The notes: a model not told the origin generated them from the sequence alone. A stretch of DNA of 64,000 nt from an uncultured Planctomycetota bacterium (GCA_963719315.1 CAVRBU010000004.1:1-64000); one strand, 5' to 3'. Numbered from the stretch's first letter, positions 1 through 10,822 are shown. Translations and numbers: made by a program.

Positions 1-127
1 GAGGGCGTCGGCCATCGGCAGCACGGGATCGTGTTTTGCTGGGTGATAACGCCCGGTGTCCCGAGCAATGCTGCCCGATCGACTTCTTGGGCGATTTGGG
101 TGTTGCCGAGTTTTCGCGATGTTGTCA

Positions 128-1037
128 CTACTTCTTCTCCTGTTTCTGAGCTTGGGTTCGTTGTGCTGATTGCAAGATTGAGTTCCATTCGGCTTCGTCG
201 AGGCCCGCGCCGGCCGCCGCGTCGTGCACGGTGTCGATGGCAGCATCGATGTTCTTACCGCCGTACTCGCGGAAGCAATGGCAGAGCGCCTTGAAGCACG
301 TTTGGTTTCGGCTCCCTGGGGTTCTTCATCTCGACCCTGAGCCACCGAATGAGCTTTAGGTCGAAACCGTCGTATTGCCGATTGCCTGTGGGTTTGCGGG
401 TGTACGTCGGTTTCTGCTTGGGTCGGAACGTTTTGAGGTTCATTACACCGGTGTGGAGACTGCTGAACCGGCCGCTCGTATTCCGCTTTTCCATCACGCA
501 CCACGAGCGGGCAGCGAAACAACCTCGTCCAATCGCGGGCTTGGTTGTCGACCCGATAGTTGTGTGGGGCGTTGCAGAATGCGGCGTCGAGCCGGGCCAT
601 CAACGAGTGGTAGTGCTGCTCGAAAACTTCCGGATCGTGCACCGGATCGATCAGATAAACGAGCCGAGCACCGCCGCGCGTTGCGTACACCACGTTCGGT
701 GTTTCATCGATCACATAGCAGGTGCGAAGCAGATCGCCGAAATCATTCAGCGTCGGCAACTCGCCGTGCCCGGCGTAATCAAGATCGAAGCAGCAGATGC
801 AAACGTCAATTCGTAAGTGCCGCTCTTCACACAACGCACGGCCGATGGCGTTGCGTACTGAGTAAGGTGGGCATCCGAGTCCCACTTTTCCAATAATGCG
901 ATTTCCAGCGGGATCGCTTCGCACACCGATTGGTTGCCACACGTGAATTTCGAGCCGAGCACGTGGCAGAGAACGTCGGGCAGATCGCCCGGCAAAAGCG
1001 GCGCCGTGTAGGCGCTGATGATCTTTTCTGCGTTCAT
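128..1037 (-). CDS. AEP-superfamily primase with C-terminal PriCT-1-like domain (about three frameshifts)
   Basis: Manual translation across frames gives MNAEKII..., CCFDLD (DxD motif), VVYATRGGARLVY (motif II-like), DNQARDWTRLFRCP (motif III-like) and PGSRNQTCFKAL...AGLDEAEWNSILQSA (PriCT-1 pattern). Stop is at 128-130. Confidence 0.65.
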
Positions 1038-1219
1038 CGCGCGACCCTCCTCGTGAAGGATTCGACACGTTCGTTGACCGCACGCTCTTTCGTGCGGATA
1101 CGTTCGGCTGCCGGATGCAGCAGATGATCGAGCAGCAGAAGCTGCCGGCTGGCCAGCCAATCGCCTTTATTGGCGCGGTGGATAAGTTGCTCGACTTCGA
1201 GCCCAATTGCTTGGGGCAT
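1034..1219 (-). CDS. Small hypothetical protein (61 aa) translationally coupled to the primase
   Basis: GAGAGGA-type RBS; its stop overlaps the primase start as ATGA at 1034-1037. Confidence 0.55.
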   Translation of the reverse strand: MPQAIGLEVEQLIHRANKGDWLASRQLLLLDHLLHPAAERIRTKERAVNERVESFTRRVAR

Positions 1220-1357
1220 GACTGTTTCCTCTCAGAAATAAAAACGGCCGCCGTGGACGAAACAGTCAAAACCCACGGCGGCCGGAAACTCGGCAGAGTT
1301 GTGACTGTTGAATACGGTTGGCGATTGGTCAGAGTCCGAGTCTCCCAGTCGCCACCG
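1217..1357 (-). ncRNA. Candidate structured leader / cis-encoded antisense RNA (C4/CI-like) with terminator hairpin
   Basis: Two hairpins (1315-1357 and 1245-1284), the second followed by a U-tract. Loop sequences are complementary to linker sites and to the RBS/start region of the next ORF. Confidence 0.5.
1236..1284 (-). terminator. Intrinsic terminator-like hairpin
   Basis: Perfect 12-bp stem CGGCCGCCGTGG (1245-1256) / CCACGGCGGCCG (1273-1284), followed on the minus strand by TTTTTATTT. Confidence 0.65.
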
Positions 1358-1600
1358 ATAACTTTGCCGCCGCGCGGTGTGCGCACTTTGGCCCATTTCA
1401 TAAATACGTGCGCCACCCCCTCGGTGCGCTGCCGCGCCCCGTCGCTCCCGTTGGTCGCGGAGGGGGGGTGGGGGCCTAGACGCCTCGTGGGCAGCCGTGA
1501 GCCAACAGAATGCCCCTAGACTTCCCAGACCGGCCAAAGCGCCATGCAAGCCACGGGGGTGCGTACGTACCTGACGTGCGGCGAGAAGTGCGCTTCATTA

Positions 1601-1777
1601 TTACCGAGGCGCCAGCCCTGTGGGTTGTACGTCTGGGACCCGGAAGCACGTGTATTGCTCGTCACGCGGGTCGCGCACTGACACCTGACTAATCCCTGGG
1701 TCTCGGTCCACCACCATGAACCAACCGGCCTTCGTCATGGCACCCGCAATCACCTCGATAAGTTGGTCCTGAGTCAT
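1601..1777 (-). CDS. Small hypothetical protein (MTQDQLIEV...)
   Basis: Short ORF with AAAGGCGGTG RBS-like sequence, same strand as the primase module. Confidence 0.4.
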   Translation of the reverse strand: MTQDQLIEVIAGAMTKAGWFMVVDRDPGISQVSVRDPRDEQYTCFRVPDVQPTGLAPR

Positions 1778-2125
1778 CACTTCACCGCCTTTCGCGTTGT
1801 CGCGACAGTTGATTCGGTGCAGTGATCGCACAATAGGTGGAATAGCTCTTGGGTCGAGGTCGTGATGACCAACCGCAGCGATTGTTTCGGTAGGCATGGC
1901 TCGACAGGCCGCTATCGTTTTGAATTTCCCGCAGTTATTATCGGGGGGTGAGTTCGTAGTTTACGGGGAGGGCCGTCAATGTCGGACTATGAAGTTAAGA
2001 AGGGGATGCTCGGGCATATTCGTATAGAAGCGAACACTCGGTACGGTGATGCTTCTCCAGCGCCAAAGTAAGGATTCATTTCATTAGACTACCAATCGGC
2101 ACACACATGGGGGCTTGTATGGTCG

Positions 2126-3443
2126 ATGCATCCAATCCATCCGCTGATTCCTGTCGGGAGAATGCCAATCGTGGCCTCGTTTGTAAACGAAACTGCTAGA
2201 GCCCTCTTTCAAGTCATAAAAGATGTGGCTCAGATAGCGACCAAAGCTGTGGTGCTATTCACACTTCGAGTTACAAGTCTCTTAAATGCCGACCTCATTC
2301 TTGGGCGAAAAGCAATCTCCATTCCTTTTGGTCGCGAGTTCTTCCCCACATTGTTCAGTTCCCTGGACGATATCAATCGGAAGATAGAAGAGTTGCGTGT
2401 CATTACACCTGTCGCAGCTAATGAACCGACCATACATAGGCTTAAGCACTTCTTGCGGGATTTCATACATTTCATCGAGCGCAGGTGCTCCTCGTTCGGC
2501 GAGAGAAACAAGTAGCTCGAATCGGTCGTTCCATAAGAGAGTCTGAGTTCGTTATTGCTGAAGCTATTCGCGACGATACCACGAGGGCGCGAGCGCTAGC
2601 TGCCCGTGCTTCCTCGTTAGAACAAGAAATTGCCGACTTTATAGCGCTTCAGCGAAGCAGGATTGATTTCAAGAAAGTCCTGATCGGACTAGCTGGCATT
2701 GCGTTGGTCCTTGCACTTCTTTTGACATCACACCACAAGGCGATTACCTCAGATTCTATGCCAAAGGAATTACTCGGTATCTGGGCGACTACCGATGGCG
2801 AGCGAATGGTTGTGCATAAGAGGGACGTTATTTCTGTCCACGGCCGTGACAAGTTCCTTTATCAGGTGTCGGACACGCAGTTAGCTGACGACCAATTGCG
2901 GATCACCTACGCCGGCAGCGATGAAATTGGACGATGGACGCTTGGCGACGGACAGTTCACCATACTCAACAGCCTAAGCAAGAGCGACAAAAACAAGGTT
3001 TATGAAAACTATCCTCCCGGCCCGCGAATTTTTACGCGCTCGAGTCAGTCAGAAGCGGACGCTCTGAGGTACGCATTCACATTGGAAGAATGGGTTCGGA
3101 AAGCAGAGTTGTTTGAGGAGGAGGAATTCCGTGATCGAGAAATTCATCGTTACATTGACAAGTTTGATATTGTCGATGATTTGGGACAAACGGTTGTTAC
3201 GGTACAACCGAAATCGGAAATTACTGAATTGCCAATTGAAAGACGAACTAGAATCTATGAACGAATTCTTGCTAAATCGCGAGTGAGCGAACATTTTGCA
3301 AACTGTAGTCTGGCACCGTGGATTCTCATTACCGAGGGCTACCCCTACACCCCAGGTGCTTCGGTTGACAGACGAGTTGGAGATGTTCCCGCAGGGTCCC
3401 CGAAGATACAAGAATTTGAATTCCCACCAAAAGCCCGGAATAG
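2126..3443 (+). CDS. Hypothetical single-pass membrane protein (probably one gene, frameshift near 2483)
   Basis: Overlapping ORFs 2126-2515 and 2485 onward; coiled-coil-like stretch, then hydrophobic VLIGLAGIALVLALLL; visibly more AT-rich than flanks; 3' boundary approximate. Confidence 0.4.
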
Positions 3444-3459
3444 GGTGGGGCGGACAGGA

Positions 3460-4130
3460 ATGAAGGAATTCGAAGACTACAGGGACTTCCTCTCGTCGCT
3501 TCCCGCACGGGACGAATACGACCCCGGTGACCTTCTCGTTCCGGACTTGCTGATTGCGGAGGAAGGTCCGTTGCGCATGTTCGATGCGCCCTTCGACTGG
3601 GTCAACGAGTCAGCCAGGCTGATCATCATGGGAATCACCCCAGGGTGGACTCAGATGGAATTGGCCTGCCGTGCCGCGCGTGAGGCCCTCTCACAAGGAA
3701 GGACCACTGACGAGGTGTGCCGAGTCGCAAAACAGCAGGCGAGTTTCGCTGGTTCGATGCGAGCCAACCTCCTCAAGATGCTTGACGCGCTTGGTGTACC
3801 AAAGCTGCTTCGCATCGAATCGAGTGCGGCTCTCTTCGGCGGAGTTGCTCTCCTTCTACATACTGGGTCGGTGGTGCGGTATCCAGTTTTTGTCGAGTCG
3901 CGCAATTACACGGGGTCAAATCCTAAGCCCTTAGGCCAAACACATCTCAATTCTGTAACCACGAAGTCACGATAGGCAGGGAAGTCCCCACTCCTCATTC
4001 GCACTTCCGGAAACTGCTCGTTGCCGAACTTGCGTCGGTGCCTCACGCCGCTATCGTCCCGCTCGGTCGATCCGTTGAAGAAGTGTTGGAGGGGCTCGCC
4101 GCACAATTCCTCCACCCATCGAAAGTTGGC
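3460..4130 (+). pseudogene. Uracil-DNA-glycosylase-superfamily-like protein, disrupted C-terminus
   Basis: Internal ATG at 3460 with GGACAGGA RBS; motifs APFDWVN..ARLIIMGITPG, ASFAGSMRANL and YPVF...NYTG. It continues in another frame as ELASVPHAAIVPLG...FLHPS (degenerate HPS motif). Confidence 0.55.
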
Positions 4131-4360
4131 GACTCCCACTGGAGCCCCCCGAGACTGCCTCTCTGGGGCAGCTCGAGTAGGCGCTCCGAAGCTTCTCCGT
4201 GACACGGAGGGCATGCTCCGCGCGAACGACTGGAGATCGGCATTGAAACGGGACCCACCTGGGGTGCGGAATCGGCATTGAAAAGGGACCCACCGCAGCG
4301 GACTTCGTAAGCTGGATTCCCGGTTTTTAAACTGGGGAATTCAGCGAAGCGGAGTCAAGG

Positions 4361-6066
4361 ATGCTGAAGGTGGAGGATTACGGCAGGATACGTCGTGCTC
4401 ATCGCGATGGCATGAGCATTCGGGAGATCGCCCGGACGTTTGGGCATTCGCGACGAAAGATCCGCGAGGCACTGGCGCAGGCAGAGCCGCGGCCTTACAC
4501 GCTGTCGCTACCGCGACCGCGGCGGGTGCTGACCGATGTGCACCAGCAATGGATCGGCGCGATTCTCGTCGAAGATGGAGCAGGCGCCTCGCAAGCAACG
4601 TCACACAGGAGCGCAACTCTTTCGGCGGCTGCGGGACGAAGAGCAGTACGTCGGCAGCTACGACCAGGTGCGAAGGTACGTGGCCGCGACGCGGGGGCGG
4701 CAGCGCGAAACGTTTCTCCCTTTGTCGTACGAGCCAGGCCAACGGGCCGAGAGCGACTTCGGTCAGATCTGGGTCGACTTCCCGGAAGGCAGGCGCCAGG
4801 TTCCGATCCTGCTGGTGACGTGGGCCTACTCGAACGCCACCTTTATGATTGCGCTGCCGAGCGAAAAGACCGAGGCGATCCTGCATGGCACGGTGGCGGC
4901 GTTTGCGTTTTTTCGTTGCGTGCCCAAAGAACTGTGGTGGGATAATCCAAGAACCGTTGCGACCACGATTCTGCGTGGCCGCCAACGGGAGTTGAACCAG
5001 CGCTGGCAGGCGCTGGCCAGTCACTACAACTTCGAGCCGTTGTTCTGCCTGCCGGCTCGCGGTAACGAAAAGCCGCACGTCGAGAACCGGGTGAAGCTGT
5101 TGGAGCGCCAGTGGGCGACGCCGGTCCCTCAAGTGAAGGATCTGACAGAGCTAAATGCCTACCTGCTTCAATGCTGCGAGCGGGATGCTCGGCGGACGAT
5201 TGCGGGCCACAGCGAAACGATCGGCGCGCTTCGCGACAGAGCAGATTAGCGCCTTGCCGCTGCCCGAGCGCCCGTTTGAAGCCGCCGTGAGCGAGGTCCG
5301 TCAAGTCGACAAGTACCAGACGGTCGCCTGGGAGAAGAATCGCTACAGCGTGCCGCGGCGGCATGCGTTCGCCACGGTCACGGTAAAAGCCACTATCGAT
5401 CGCATCGAAGTCATCCGCGACGGCCAGCGGATTGCCCGGCACGAGCGCTCCTACGGACAGGGCGAGCAAGTGCTCGATCCGCTGCACTACCTGTCCACTC
5501 TGGGAGTGAAGCCAGCCTATTTGGATCACACTGACGTCTACCGCAATTGGCGTCTGCCGGCGGCGTTTACCCAGTTGCGCGAACATTTTGAAACACGCCA
5601 CGGATCGTTGCCGGGCGCTCGGCAATTCATCCGCGTGCTGCAGCTGTTGGCAGAGCACCCGCTGACTCGGGTTGAGCAGGCCATCCAGGCCTGCCGCGGC
5701 GACGGCGTCGTCACGGCCGAGCGGATTGCTGGGCTCTGCGAGCGACTGGCGCTGCGCTCCACCCGCGGCGAAGCGAACCTAATCGGGCAGCTGCGATCGA
5801 TTCCTGCGGTGCAAGTCCCGCTGCCGGACTTGCGCCGCTTTGACTCGTTACTCTCTCACGGAGGAGAAGATCATGGCCCAGAAAGAAACGCCCCTGTTAC
5901 TGCGTTCGAACCTCAAGGCGCTACGCCTGCCGACGATGCTGGCCGAGTATGGCAAGCTCGCCGGGGAAGCGACCAACAGCAACCAGGACTACCTCGACTA
6001 TCTGTTGCGCCTGACGGAGTTGGAGTTAGCCACACGCAGTGCCAATGCTCTGCAGGCGCGCATTAA
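4361..6066 (+). CDS. istA: IS21 transposase IstA (frameshifts near 4578 and 5228)
   Basis: N-terminal HTH (GMSIREIARTFGHSRRKIR), DFG, WWDNP and EKPHVE DDE motifs; YSVP motif in the C-terminal part. Confidence 0.9.
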
Positions 6067-6643
6067 ACAGGCTGGCTTCCCGGTGCAGAAGGACCTCGAT
6101 GCATTCGACTTTAGCGCGGCGCCCGGCCTCTCGAAGCCCAAGATCCTGGAACTGGCCCGCTGCGGCTGGATTGATCAGCGTCAGAACTGCTGCCTGTTGG
6201 GTAGTTCGGGAACTGGAAAAACGCATCTGGCCATCGCCTTGGGCCTGGCCGCCTGCCGACTGGGCAAGCGAGTCCGCTTCTTTACCGCTGCCACACTGGT
6301 CAATCGCTTGGAAGAGACGCAGAAGCAGTACCAGCTCGAGCGATTGTTGAAGCAGCTCGACAAGCTCGATCTGCTTGTCTGCGACGAGCTCGGTTATCTC
6401 TCGTTCAATCGCAGCGGAGCGGAACTGCTGTTCCAGGTATTCGCCGATCGCTACGAGCGATCCAGCCTGTTGATCACCAGCAACTTGCCGTTCAGCGAAT
6501 GGCAGCAGGTGTTTCAGGGAGAACGGATGACAGCTGCTCTCTTGGACCGGCTGACGCACCACTGCGAAATCTTTGAGATGAACGGTGAAAGCTACCGCTT
6601 CCGGGAGTCGATGAAACAAAAGCGAACCACCAAGGGCAAGTAG
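5873..6643 (+). CDS. istB: IS21 helper ATPase IstB
   Basis: Walker A GSSGTGKT, Walker B LLVCDELG, ITSNLPF, LLDRLTHH. Confidence 0.95.
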   Translation: MAQKETPLLLRSNLKALRLPTMLAEYGKLAGEATNSNQDYLDYLLRLTELELATRSANALQARIKQAGFPVQKDLDAFDFSAAPGLSKPKILELARCGWIDQRQNCCLLGSSGTGKTHLAIALGLAACRLGKRVRFFTAATLVNRLEETQKQYQLERLLKQLDKLDLLVCDELGYLSFNRSGAELLFQVFADRYERSSLLITSNLPFSEWQQVFQGERMTAALLDRLTHHCEIFEMNGESYRFRESMKQKRTTKGK

Positions 6644-6729
6644 CTTTCGGGCGACCCGTCGGCAAAACGTTCGCAAATCGCGCAACAAAATGGAGAGTTT
6701 ACTCTAACCCATTAAGTGAACTAACGGAG

Positions 6730-6767
6730 GCGGCCGCGCGAGACCTTCGAAGGGTCTCGCGGGCCGC
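6730..6767. terminator. Strong GC-rich hairpin downstream of istB
   Basis: GCGGCCGCGCGAGACC-TTCGAAG-GGTCTCGCGGGCCGC; also present in copy 2 near 53705-53742. Confidence 0.5.
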
Positions 6768-6833
6768 TCCCCAACTAACCAGGTGGGCCCAGATTCAACG
6801 CCCAGGTGGGTCCCATTTCAATGCCGATCTCCA

Positions 6834-7656
6834 GATTGAGCGATAATTCGATTGTGAATCGTCTGCACTAATTCCCAGTCATCAGAATTCGGCGGGCTCG
6901 TCGCGATTTTTCCACGCGGTTTCAGTTCCAGTCCTTTCGGCCAGATCGCGCCTTGGGAAATCCACAGCCGCAGGGTTTCCGTCGCCTCGTGCGACAGCGG
7001 CCCGCCATCTTTGTAGGGCGGCATTAACGTCGAATCGTCCTTCGACACTACTGTAAGCGTATAGAGTGCACTTTGCTCCGGATCGAATGGTATAACTGCC
7101 GGTGGATTCGTGCCCGTTATTTGTGCCGCGTCGCGACTGGAAAAACTCAACTCACCCTTGGGTTGTGAACCTGAGTGGCACGAAACGCAGTTGGCCTCGA
7201 GGATCGGCTGCACGTTTTTTGCAAAATCGATTCGCGGATGGACTTCGAGTTTTGCGGATTTCGGCCACTTCGCGCCTTCATCAATCCACTTCCGTATCCG
7301 GCTTGTCTGCGCTTCAGCCAAGGGGGACCATCGGGCGGCATGATCTGGTCGTCGCCGGCGGCAAGAACGGTGCAAGTGTAAAACGGACTTTGGGCCGCAT
7401 CGCCGGGGACTATCGCAGGTTCTTTTTCGCCATTCGCCACTGCGCCCGCCAGTGAATCGAGCCGTATCTCGCCTTCGGCCTTCGCTTCGTTGTGGCAATG
7501 GAGGCAGGCAGATTCAATGATTGGTTGAATCTCCTTTTCGAAATCAATGGCCCCGCGAACCTGCCCACAATATGCCCAAGCCACAACTGCAAAAAGCAGG
7601 CGGCAACCGGCTTGGTGAGGGCGTTGAAATGGACGGTGCGGGCGAGTAATAGCCAT
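6834..7656 (-). pseudogene. Secreted protein with two planctomycete cytochrome c domains, truncated by IS21
   Basis: IDFEKEIQPI..CLHCH...IMPP and IDFAKNVQPIL..CVSCH...LMPP repeats; frameshift near 7322; reading frame runs into the IS end. Confidence 0.8.
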
Positions 7657-7717
7657 TTGACGGTGGGAGAGGCGAGACTCAATCAAAGCGCGTTTTGTGG
7701 CGGAAGAGTTAAGTATT

Positions 7718-9026
7718 CTAAACGCTCCACGGATCCCGCCGCGGGCGCGAACGCAGGCCATTGGCTTCGTCGTCGTCGATGAACAGTTCCTGCTTGGGAT
7801 CGAGTGTGAGCTTGCGGTTGAGCATCCAGGATAACGCTGCCGCATGGCAGGCGATGTGCGAGTGGCGCATGACCTGCGGGTTGGCCGCCGTCACGCTGAG
7901 GCTTTTGATGCAGTCGAAGAAATTGCGCGCGTGGGCGGAGACGTCCAGCCCCGCCGTTTTCTTGGGCAACTTCGAAGTTCCCTGTTTAACGAGGCTGGCT
8001 GGACCTCGATCGCGCCGCTGTCGCCTACCTCGACCCACCCTTCGTCCCCCACGAAGCGAACGGGGCAGGTGCCCAGGTGCCGGATCCAACCGGGCCGCTC
8101 GCCGAAGGGGGTTTCCAGGAAGTCGAGCACAAGCTTCACGCCATTGGCATAGTGGGCCTTGATGTTTTTGTCCGACGGCTCGTACTCGACGGGCATCGTG
8201 TCGTCCGCCTCGTTGGCCCACTGGCAGAGGTCCACTGTATGGGCACCCCAATCCAGAAGCTTCGCCCCGGAATCGAAGTCGTAGTAACCGCGCCAACCGC
8301 CGACACATATTTGCTGTTGTATGGGCGCCAGGGCGCTGGCCCCAGCCAGAGGTTCCAGTCCACCACCTCGCGCGGCGGCGTGGACTCGCCGGGTAGCCAG
8401 GAGGTATTGATTTCGGGCTTATAGACAGATGCGTACAGCGTATGGAGTTTGCCGAGCTTTCCGCTTTGCGGCCAGCGCCACGGCCTGCTGAAAGTTGGGG
8501 ACGCTGCGCCGCTGCGTTCCCGCCTGGAAGACTCGCCCCGTCCGCTGCATCGTTTCGGCCAGTTCCTGGCAGTGGGCGATCGTCAGCCCGCACGGCTTCT
8601 CGCTGTAAACATCTTTGCCGGCCTTGGCCGCCATGATGGATGCCGGCGCGTGCCAGCGATCGCCGGTTGCAATCAAAACCGCGTCAATGTCCTTCCGGTC
8701 CAACAACTCGCGAAAGTCGCGATACAGACTGCAATCCTGATTGCCATAGTGCTCGTCGACCAAGCGTTTGCCCGCGTCCCGGCGGCTGGCTTGCACGTCC
8801 GCAATGGCGACGCATTGCACGTCAGGCCACTTAAGCATCGCTTGCAAGTCATAGGTGCAGCGCGGTCCGATTCCAATCACCCCGAGCGTAATCTCTCGCT
8901 CGCAGCGACGGCGCCGCCACGACCGAGTACGTGCGCCGGCACGATGGTCGGCAGAGCGAATGCGGCACTGCTCAGCACCGATTGGCGGAGAAATCTGCGT
9001 CGGGTTGTGTGATGCCGTTTGTTCAT
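7718..9026 (-). CDS. Tat-exported Gfo/Idh/MocA oxidoreductase (several frameshifts)
   Basis: TRRRFL Tat motif, IGIG, ATGDRWH, YSEKP, GTQRRS, DWNLWLGPAP, C-terminal RPRRDPWSV. Confidence 0.85.
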
Positions 9027-9393
9027 TTTTATGCTCCGGGTGACCCGTCAGGAGATTTCGTCCGCGCCACGATTGTGCTCCTGCGTGGGGTCACGTATCA
9101 ATCGTCTCTCCCACCGCCAAAGCCGTCCAGAAGCGGGCGAGCCCTTTCAATTCACCAATTATCATTGATTTCTGGCATCTATGGATCGTTGGTTAACCTA
9201 CCGAAAGGACGATGGTGGGCAGCCACTTGGTGTTCAGTATGTTCGCGTCGCTCCCACCACAAATGACCGAATGCCACGGATCGATGCCGGCCGCCTTGAT
9301 CGCCGATTCAGTCGTCCGCAAAATTGCCCAAGGCTACAACCTAGCGCGGCGCTCCGCGTCGATTATCCCGGCTTTGTGGTATACACGTGCACG

Positions 9394-10716
9394 CTACACA
9401 GTAGGCTCCCAACCTGGCTCGTACTCTCTCGTCCAAAATCGCGCGGCCTTCGCATCGTCGACGATCTGTCCATCCTGCGGGCGGCAACGAAGCGACCGGC
9501 CGACACGATAGGCAATGTTTCCCAGGTGGCAAAGCATCGTGCTCTTGTGCCCCTCCTCAATCTCGGCAGAGAGTGTCTCGGTTTCACGAATCGCACCGAT
9601 AAAGTTCTCCGCATGGCTGCTCACAAAACCTGGGTAGTCGGCTCGCTTGCTTTGGTCGCCAACGGAGCGGATTTCTTTGCCTTTATGGTCGTAGACCACG
9701 TAGCCCCAATCGCCAATGGCCACGCTGCCCTCAACTCCGTGGAAGTGAACCGTGGTGCCTTGAAGATCGCCTTGAGCATGTTGCATGCGGCTGCAACTTA
9801 GCCCTTCCCAGGTAGCCGATTTATTGTCGTCGAACTCAAACGCCACAAAGTTTGTGTCCGGAGTTTCTTGGTCGTCGTCGGGATAGCAGTAGCGCCCGCC
9901 GGAACTCGTCACACGAGTTGGGTAATCCACTTGCAATCCCCAACGGCAGAGGTCAAGAGAATGCACTCCGTTGTTGCCCAGCTCGCCATTGCCCCAATGC
10001 CAAAACCAGTGCCAGTTGTAATGAATCTGGTTGTTGGGTTGGTGGACGCGGTAGGGTCGGCGAGGAGCGGGGCCTTGCCATAAATTGTAGTCGAGATCCT
10101 TCGGTACTTCGACCGACTTGCCGCGACCAATCGTCGGCCGATTATTGGTGTACCAGGCCTGCGCCAAGTAGACGCGACCGATCGCGCCGTCATGGATTTG
10201 CTGGATGACGTTCATGAATTGCTGCGTGCTCCGCCGCTGCGTGCCCATTTGGACATGGTGCTTGTGCTTGCGGGCCGCCTTGATCATCATCTCGCCTTCG
10301 CCCGGGTCGTGGCTGCACGGCTTTTCGACGTACACATGCTTTCCGGCCGCGCAGGCGTTGATCGTGGCCGGAGCATGCCAGTGATTTGGCGTGGCGACGA
10401 CGAGAGCATCGACGGTCTGATCGTCGAGAATCCGCCGAAAATCCTGAACTACTTTCGGAGTCTTGCCGGCGCGTTTGCCGATTTCGTCGGCACCTTTCCC
10501 AGCGCGTTCAAGATCCACGTCGCAAACATAAGCGATTTCCACGCCAGGCTGTGCTTGAAATGCGCTGGCCAATACTCGACCTCGACTCATACCCATGATG
10601 GCCACGACCACAGTGTCTGCAGCATTTGCAGCGCCTGTTATGGCGATGGAAGGTCGAGCTCCGAGCGCCACACACGTTGACGTGGCTGCCGCCAAAAAAC
10701 CACGGCGATTGACCAT
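9394..10716 (-). CDS. Tat-exported Gfo/Idh/MocA oxidoreductase
   Basis: NRRGFL, ATPNHWH, YVEKP, GTQRRS, WQGPAP, HYNWHWFW, REYEPGW. Confidence 0.9.
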   Translation of the reverse strand: MVNRRGFLAAATSTCVALGARPSIAITGAANAADTVVVAIMGMSRGRVLASAFQAQPGVEIAYVCDVDLERAGKGADEIGKRAGKTPKVVQDFRRILDDQTVDALVVATPNHWHAPATINACAAGKHVYVEKPCSHDPGEGEMMIKAARKHKHHVQMGTQRRSTQQFMNVIQQIHDGAIGRVYLAQAWYTNNRPTIGRGKSVEVPKDLDYNLWQGPAPRRPYRVHQPNNQIHYNWHWFWHWGNGELGNNGVHSLDLCRWGLQVDYPTRVTSSGGRYCYPDDDQETPDTNFVAFEFDDNKSATWEGLSCSRMQHAQGDLQGTTVHFHGVEGSVAIGDWGYVVYDHKGKEIRSVGDQSKRADYPGFVSSHAENFIGAIRETETLSAEIEEGHKSTMLCHLGNIAYRVGRSLRCRPQDGQIVDDAKAARFWTREYEPGWEPTV

Positions 10717-10822
10717 GATGCTCAGTTCCTTTCTGGCCGGAATCTCGTTGACACAGCGGGCCGGCTCGACGCTGTCGAGAGATCGCAAATCGCGGTCCTT
10801 TGTTGATGGTTGATAACGCGTC

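Larger units (their letters stand above)
4231..6833 (+). mobile_element. IS21-family insertion sequence, copy 1 (2603 bp, no target-site duplication)
   Basis: TG...CA ends with terminal IR TGGAGATCGGCATTGAAA and repeated GGCATTGAAA-n-GGGACCCACC boxes; encodes istA and istB; nearly identical to 53639-56240. Confidence 0.95.

Noticed and set aside
2485..3975. Genuine 496-aa membrane protein-UDG fusion
   Set aside because: An internal RBS+ATG at 3460 and an out-of-frame TAG at 3441 suggest two genes joined by an indel; a fusion is not excluded but is unsupported.
4231..4295. CRISPR-like repeats (GGCATTGAAA...GGGACCCACC)
   Set aside because: These are the reiterated transposase-binding boxes of IS21 ends; only two units per end and no spacers.
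5215..5250. Programmed frameshift in istA
   Set aside because: No slippery run; the lesion is a missing GC in a GCGC tract and is better explained as a systematic error or inherited mutation.
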